A stretch of DNA of 20,000 nucleotides from an uncultured virus (IMG/VR IMGVR_UViG_3300013109_000180) (taxonomy: Duplodnaviria > Heunggongvirae > Uroviricota > Caudoviricetes): the IMG/VR virus record IMGVR_UViG_3300013109_000180; one strand, given 5' to 3'. Made by a program: the position numbers and the translations under genes. Below the pieces are notes generated by a model. The model did no database searches. It saw only the letters and a list, made by a program, of their open reading frames with translations, and had not been told where the DNA came from. Shown here piece after piece: positions 16,510 through 20,000 of the stretch (positions are counted from its first letter, which is position 1; the number at the start of each line of letters is the position of its first letter).

Positions 16510-17376
16510 CTACTTGTCTATAGAATTTGTATAGTCTATAGCAACACGCCAAAGTTCTCTATTCTTATTCATTATTGGCGAACGTCTGTGTAGTGTATAA
16601 AATTGATCCATAATTAATATATCACCGGGCCTAAACACAATGTCTTTGATGTACTTGGTTCTATTAATAACCTTATCAAATTTTTGTTGTAATCCATTTA
16701 AGTCATTTATAAGTTCACCATCAAACCATGCTTTAGTAATCAAAGGTGGTTGCCAATATAAAAATTCTTGCCCACCAACTGGATGAATATTAACAACAGG
16801 CATACGCTCATCGCCGGTGTGTTCTGGAATTTCTTTATATTCTTTTCTGTATCCATCATCAATAGGAATAACTCTATCTTCATCTGTCATTGCTTCTTTG
16901 CTCTGATGATAATACTTTCCTAATATACTTCCACCATTATTGTTTAGTTGTACTTCAACACCTCTCCACCAATCCTTTTCTTCTTTTGGTAAGTCTAAAA
17001 AAGCATCACGATTATTGCTTACTGATAAAACTGTGTCTGGGCAATAATCTTTACAGTATAAACAAATTAACCATTCTTTGTGTCCCCATTTACCATCAAC
17101 TACATGATGTACAGTTCCATTTGAATGCCATTCTAAATCATTGTGTCCTAACAACATTCTTGGGTCAGGAGAAACAATTGATATATCTGGATTATCTTTA
17201 GGGTTAAATTGCATATACCCTAACATATCATCATCAGTATTGCCTATTCGTTTACAATAGTCTACTAATTCTCTTTGAGTAAATTCCTGATCATAATGAA
17301 GGGTAAAGCCTTCTGTTAGTATACGTTGTGCTTCGTCTATTATTTCGGCATCAGTATAATCTTTTATTTGTTTCAT
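16510..17376 (-). CDS. TauD/TfdA-family dioxygenase paralog with H-x-N metal motif
   Basis: WHSN at the H-x-D position, IHPVG, GDILIMDQFYTLHRR, RELWR; collinear with 15576..16499. Confidence 0.85.
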   Translation of the reverse strand: MKQIKDYTDAEIIDEAQRILTEGFTLHYDQEFTQRELVDYCKRIGNTDDDMLGYMQFNPKDNPDISIVSPDPRMLLGHNDLEWHSNGTVHHVVDGKWGHKEWLICLYCKDYCPDTVLSVSNNRDAFLDLPKEEKDWWRGVEVQLNNNGGSILGKYYHQSKEAMTDEDRVIPIDDGYRKEYKEIPEHTGDERMPVVNIHPVGGQEFLYWQPPLITKAWFDGELINDLNGLQQKFDKVINRTKYIKDIVFRPGDILIMDQFYTLHRRSPIMNKNRELWRVAIDYTNSIDK

Positions 17377-17397
17377 TGACCTAATCCTTTATTAACA

Positions 17398-18267
17398 CTA
17401 TTTATAATCTCTCCATTTATCATGGCGTTTATTATGTGATTGTATTGCTCTATCTATAATGATTGCTAATGCTACAATGGATAATCCACTTATTACACCC
17501 AATCCTAAGTATCCATTACCTATTGAGTTCATAACTTGAGAGCCTAATCCTCGTACTCCAATCATACTAGCAATAACAACCATTGCTAAAGCCATCATAA
17601 CTGTTTGATTTACTCCACCAAGTATAACATTACGTGCCAGTGGTAATTCAATTAGTCTTAAAATATGCATAGGTCTTAATCCTAATGCGTGTGCTGTTTC
17701 TGTTAAATCTTTATCAATTTCTCGAATGCCAATATTTGTAAACCTAATCACTGGAGGTATAGCAAAGACACTTATAGCAATTAAGCCTGGAACTTTGCCA
17801 AGTCCAAATAACATTATAACAGGAATTAGATATACAAAACTTGGAATAGTTTGCATTAAATCTAGTATGGGTAAGATAATTCTTTGTGCTAAATTGTTCT
17901 TTGCCATTAATATTCCTGTAGGAATACCGACAACTATACAAACAAGAGTAGAAACAACTACAATGGCTAGTGTTCGCATTGTGTCGTCCCACATACCAAC
18001 TAAACCAATTAAGTTAAAACTAATTAAGAAACCTAATATTAGTTTCCAGTTTTGTGTTACTTTCCAAAGTAATAAACTTGTTAAACCTAAAAATATATAC
18101 CAAGGCGTAGCAATTAATAGTTTCTCAAAATGAATAAGTAGCCAATGAATTGGGGAGAGCAGTTCTGTAAACCATTCTCCCCAATTACTAGCAAACTCTC
18201 TAAATGTACTGTCAATAGACTTCTTAAGAACTGTGATAGTTTCTCTATCTAAAGATGGAAAGTTCAA
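17398..18267 (-). CDS. proW: Glycine betaine/proline-type ABC transporter permease
   Basis: PILDLMQTIPSFVYLIP, EAA loop (LTETAHALG), ELPLA, GVNQTVMMALAMVVIASMIGVRGLG; TTG start with AAGGTG RBS. Confidence 0.93.
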   Translation of the reverse strand: MNFPSLDRETITVLKKSIDSTFREFASNWGEWFTELLSPIHWLLIHFEKLLIATPWYIFLGLTSLLLWKVTQNWKLILGFLISFNLIGLVGMWDDTMRTLAIVVVSTLVCIVVGIPTGILMAKNNLAQRIILPILDLMQTIPSFVYLIPVIMLFGLGKVPGLIAISVFAIPPVIRFTNIGIREIDKDLTETAHALGLRPMHILRLIELPLARNVILGGVNQTVMMALAMVVIASMIGVRGLGSQVMNSIGNGYLGLGVISGLSIVALAIIIDRAIQSHNKRHDKWRDYK

Positions 18268-18278
18268 TATGTATCACC

Positions 18279-19277
18279 TTAATTTAAAGACGCAGTAATT
18301 CTTGTTGCGGCTTCAGGTGTTACCCATTTTGTCCAAATTTCTGGATGTTGTCTTAGAAATTCAACTGCGGCTTCATCTGCTGTTGCTTGATTATCATCTG
18401 ACCAAACTAGCATTGAAGTAATAATACTTCCATCAAATCCTCTTTTAGAAAGATAAACCATTACGGCTGGATGAAGTCCTGGCGTAACAATAGTTCCTGT
18501 TTTAGATGTAGGCCAAGATGACGCTTGTGGATTAGCACATTCATCAACTGCTCTAGAAATACAATTTGTCCAATTATCATCTCCTGCATAGCCTTCAGTA
18601 GAAGGAAGTGCCATTAGATTTAAACGTCCTACTAATACAGTAGGTGTCCAATAGTACCCAAATGCACTTTTGTTTTTGACAACTTGTCCTTCCCAATAAG
18701 CATTTAAACCAGTACCTGATCCTGGATCAATAATTTTCCAGCCTTTGGCTTCCATGTCATATGCTCTAAATAGATTTTCGTTATGTTTTTTACAACTCCA
18801 ACCTTCAGGACAAATTACAATTCCACCCTTGCTAGGATCTTCTGGATGTGGGAATAAGTCAGGTCTTGCTAATACATCTTCAATAGTATTAAGACCATAT
18901 TCTTCAGCTATATAACTTGGTATAAACCAACCTTCTCCAGCTCCTGTTACAACTTCATCTCTTACTTGTAAAAGATCTCCGTTAGCAATATATTCGTGAG
19001 CACTATCGCCCAATAATGAAGTCCATGCTTCGCCAAATATATTAGGTGAGCCTGTTGCCATCATTGATTGTATTGTTGCGTCAATTCCGCCTGGAACAAT
19101 TTCAATATTGTGTCCGTAGCCATGTTTTAATATATAAGCGTCAATGCTGGCTATCATTGAACCTGATTGCCAGTTTAACTCGGCAATTTTTATATCATCC
19201 GCTTTTGCAGTAAATAAGCCAGCACTTGCAATTGCTGACATTAACACAAAGCCGAGTATTGTCATAAAACGTTTCAT
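18279..19277 (-). CDS. proX: Glycine betaine/proline-type ABC transporter substrate-binding protein (ProX/OpuAC family)
   Basis: Signal peptide, IAELNWQS, EAW, EGWFIP, CPEGWSC, GYYWTP, AVEFLRQHPEIWTKW; adjacent to proW. Actual ligand not determinable from sequence. Confidence 0.9.
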   Translation of the reverse strand: MKRFMTILGFVLMSAIASAGLFTAKADDIKIAELNWQSGSMIASIDAYILKHGYGHNIEIVPGGIDATIQSMMATGSPNIFGEAWTSLLGDSAHEYIANGDLLQVRDEVVTGAGEGWFIPSYIAEEYGLNTIEDVLARPDLFPHPEDPSKGGIVICPEGWSCKKHNENLFRAYDMEAKGWKIIDPGSGTGLNAYWEGQVVKNKSAFGYYWTPTVLVGRLNLMALPSTEGYAGDDNWTNCISRAVDECANPQASSWPTSKTGTIVTPGLHPAVMVYLSKRGFDGSIITSMLVWSDDNQATADEAAVEFLRQHPEIWTKWVTPEAATRITASLN

Positions 19278-19343
19278 TATTTTCTCCTTAGAGTTTATAA
19301 ACTTTGACCATAAATTAGTTAATAGTACTAACTTATTACTTAT

Positions 19344-19372
19344 AGTATACGCTTAAAGAGGTCACCTGTCAA
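19344..19372 (-). promoter_or_regulatory. sigma70 promoter heading the proX...methyltransferase operon
   Basis: Minus strand TTGACA (19372-19367), 17 nt, TATACT (19349-19344), overlapping/followed by TATAAGTA (late-motif variant). Confidence 0.85.
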
Positions 19373-19379
19373 GCGATAT

Positions 19380-19499
19380 TCAGTCTTTCTTTATCATGAT
19401 ATTAGAGCAAGAACAAAATACTAAGAAAGCGACTACAACAAACATAACAAACAACATTACTTGATTTACAGTTACTTCTGTTTGTAATAGTTCCATCAT
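19380..19499 (-). CDS. Small membrane protein, 39 aa (not in ORF track)
   Basis: MMELLQTEVTVNQVMLFVMFVVVAFLVFCSCSNIMIKKD*; starts 1 nt after the rubredoxin stop; single TM. Confidence 0.6.
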   Translation of the reverse strand: MMELLQTEVTVNQVMLFVMFVVVAFLVFCSCSNIMIKKD

Positions 19500-19500
19500 A

Positions 19501-19665
19501 TTATATTTCTATCATCTCAAAATCTGCTTTACTTGCACCGCAGTCTGGACAAAACCAATCATCATCTATATCTTCCCAACGTGTGCCTGGTGCTAGGCCT
19601 TCGTCTGGGTCACCTGCGGCTTCATCATATATGTAGCCACAAAATAAGCATTTCCATTTTTTCAT
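19501..19665 (-). CDS. Rubredoxin (54 aa)
   Basis: CLFCGYIYD...GDP..G..PGT.WED...W.CPDCG. Start moved to 19665 (MKKWK), which has a GGAG RBS and gives the canonical length. Confidence 0.95.
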   Translation of the reverse strand: MKKWKCLFCGYIYDEAAGDPDEGLAPGTRWEDIDDDWFCPDCGASKADFEMIEI

Positions 19666-19669
19666 TTTA

Positions 19670-19741
19670 TTATTCTCCACTTCCACATATACATTTTTCT
19701 ATTGAATGACCACATCCAGGACAGCTAGGTAAATCTTTCAT
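19670..19741 (-). CDS. 23-aa Cys-rich peptide (CxxC-x6-CxC), not in ORF track
   Basis: [23 protein letters not shown]; exactly fills the gap between neighbours; AAGGA RBS upstream. Confidence 0.6.
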   Translation of the reverse strand: MKDLPSCPGCGHSIEKCICGSGE

Positions 19742-19742
19742 A

Positions 19743-20000
19743 TTACTGTCCTTGGGCTCTTATGTGTTTTTCTAGTTCTTCTTCTAATTCTTCAAGAACT
19801 TCCTTAGTCTCTTCTATTTCTTCTTTAAGATATTCAATGTTTATGTCTTGTACAGCATCATCTGGTAATGCACCAAGTTCTCCTCTGGGCCACTTAATAC
19901 GGAATTCTGTATTCAATTCCGAAGTATCTTGCATTCGAATAACATCTAGTTGTAGTTGTGATATTTTGCCCTGCAATGAAAAGTAAACTGCCGCTATTGA
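19743..20000 (-). CDS. Hypothetical coiled-coil protein (partial, start lies beyond right edge)
   Basis: Frame is open to the edge (SIAAVYFSLQGKISQ...), so the tracked start at 19976 is probably internal; contains NTEFRIKWPRGELGALPDD and an acidic heptad tail. Confidence 0.75.
   Translation of the reverse strand, partial: SIAAVYFSLQGKISQLQLDVIRMQDTSELNTEFRIKWPRGELGALPDDAVQDINIEYLKEEIEETKEVLEELEEELEKHIRAQGQ

Noticed and set aside
15712..17251. Short identical repeats as a DGR template/variable pair or recombination sites
   Set aside because: They fall in conserved motifs of two paralogous genes, show no adenine-specific mismatch pattern, and no reverse transcriptase or recombinase is present.
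15576..17376. Naming the dioxygenases tauD or gamma-butyrobetaine hydroxylase
   Set aside because: Only fold-level motifs are visible; there is no tauABC context and no N-terminal Zn domain typical of BBOX, so substrate cannot be assigned.
6630..17992. Alternative-frame minus-strand ORFs (6630..6929, 8520..8762, 10622..10837, 17744..17992)
   Set aside because: Nested in or largely overlapping longer genes with clear family or repeat signatures; no independent support.
19666..19686. Tracked rubredoxin start at 19686 (MEVENNK extension)
   Set aside because: The ATG at 19665 has a GGAG RBS and gives the canonical 54 aa; the extension overlaps the 23-aa peptide ORF.
224..19986. All plus-strand ORFs in the track
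   Set aside because: Each lies antisense to a well-supported minus-strand gene, has no recognisable motif, and shows shadow-type composition.
1..20000. tRNA, rRNA, riboswitch, IS or integrase
   Set aside because: Intergenic gaps are short and explained by promoters or terminators; no cloverleaf, terminal inverted repeats or transposase motifs were seen by eye. A covariance-model scan was not possible.

Overview
AT-rich, densely packed window with every credible gene on the minus strand. It has bacterial Shine-Dalgarno sites, three near-consensus sigma70 promoters and recurrent ATAAATA motifs resembling T4-type late promoters. The gene mix includes three radical SAM/SPASM-twitch enzymes, methyltransferases, a glycosyltransferase-like protein, Hc1 and cold-shock proteins, small orphan ORFs, and two transporters each missing a subunit. 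This looks most like the accessory/auxiliary metabolic region of a large, probably aquatic, bacteriophage. That is an inference, as no virion or replication hallmark gene is in the window. In transcription order (right to left): (1) small genes including rubredoxin and an uncalled 23-aa Cys-rich peptide; (2) an 8-gene, ~7.4 kb operon bracketed by two sigma70 promoters: proX, proW (no ATPase), two tandem TauD/TfdA dioxygenases (one with H-x-N instead of H-x-D), a divergent adenylate-forming ligase, radical SAM, nitroreductase and methyltransferase; (3) small nucleic-acid-binding genes (Csp, Hc1-like, Lys-rich protein ending at an A9 slippery site); (4) tctA-tctC without tctB; (5) a three-gene exported/membrane cassette including a 742-aa Cys/Tyr-repeat and acidic-stalk protein; (6) a modification-type operon (GT-like, methyltransferase, cupin, GtrA-like, two radical SAMs) running off the left edge. 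Block 2 is the best candidate for an undescribed system. No tRNA, rRNA, CRISPR array or mobile element was seen.
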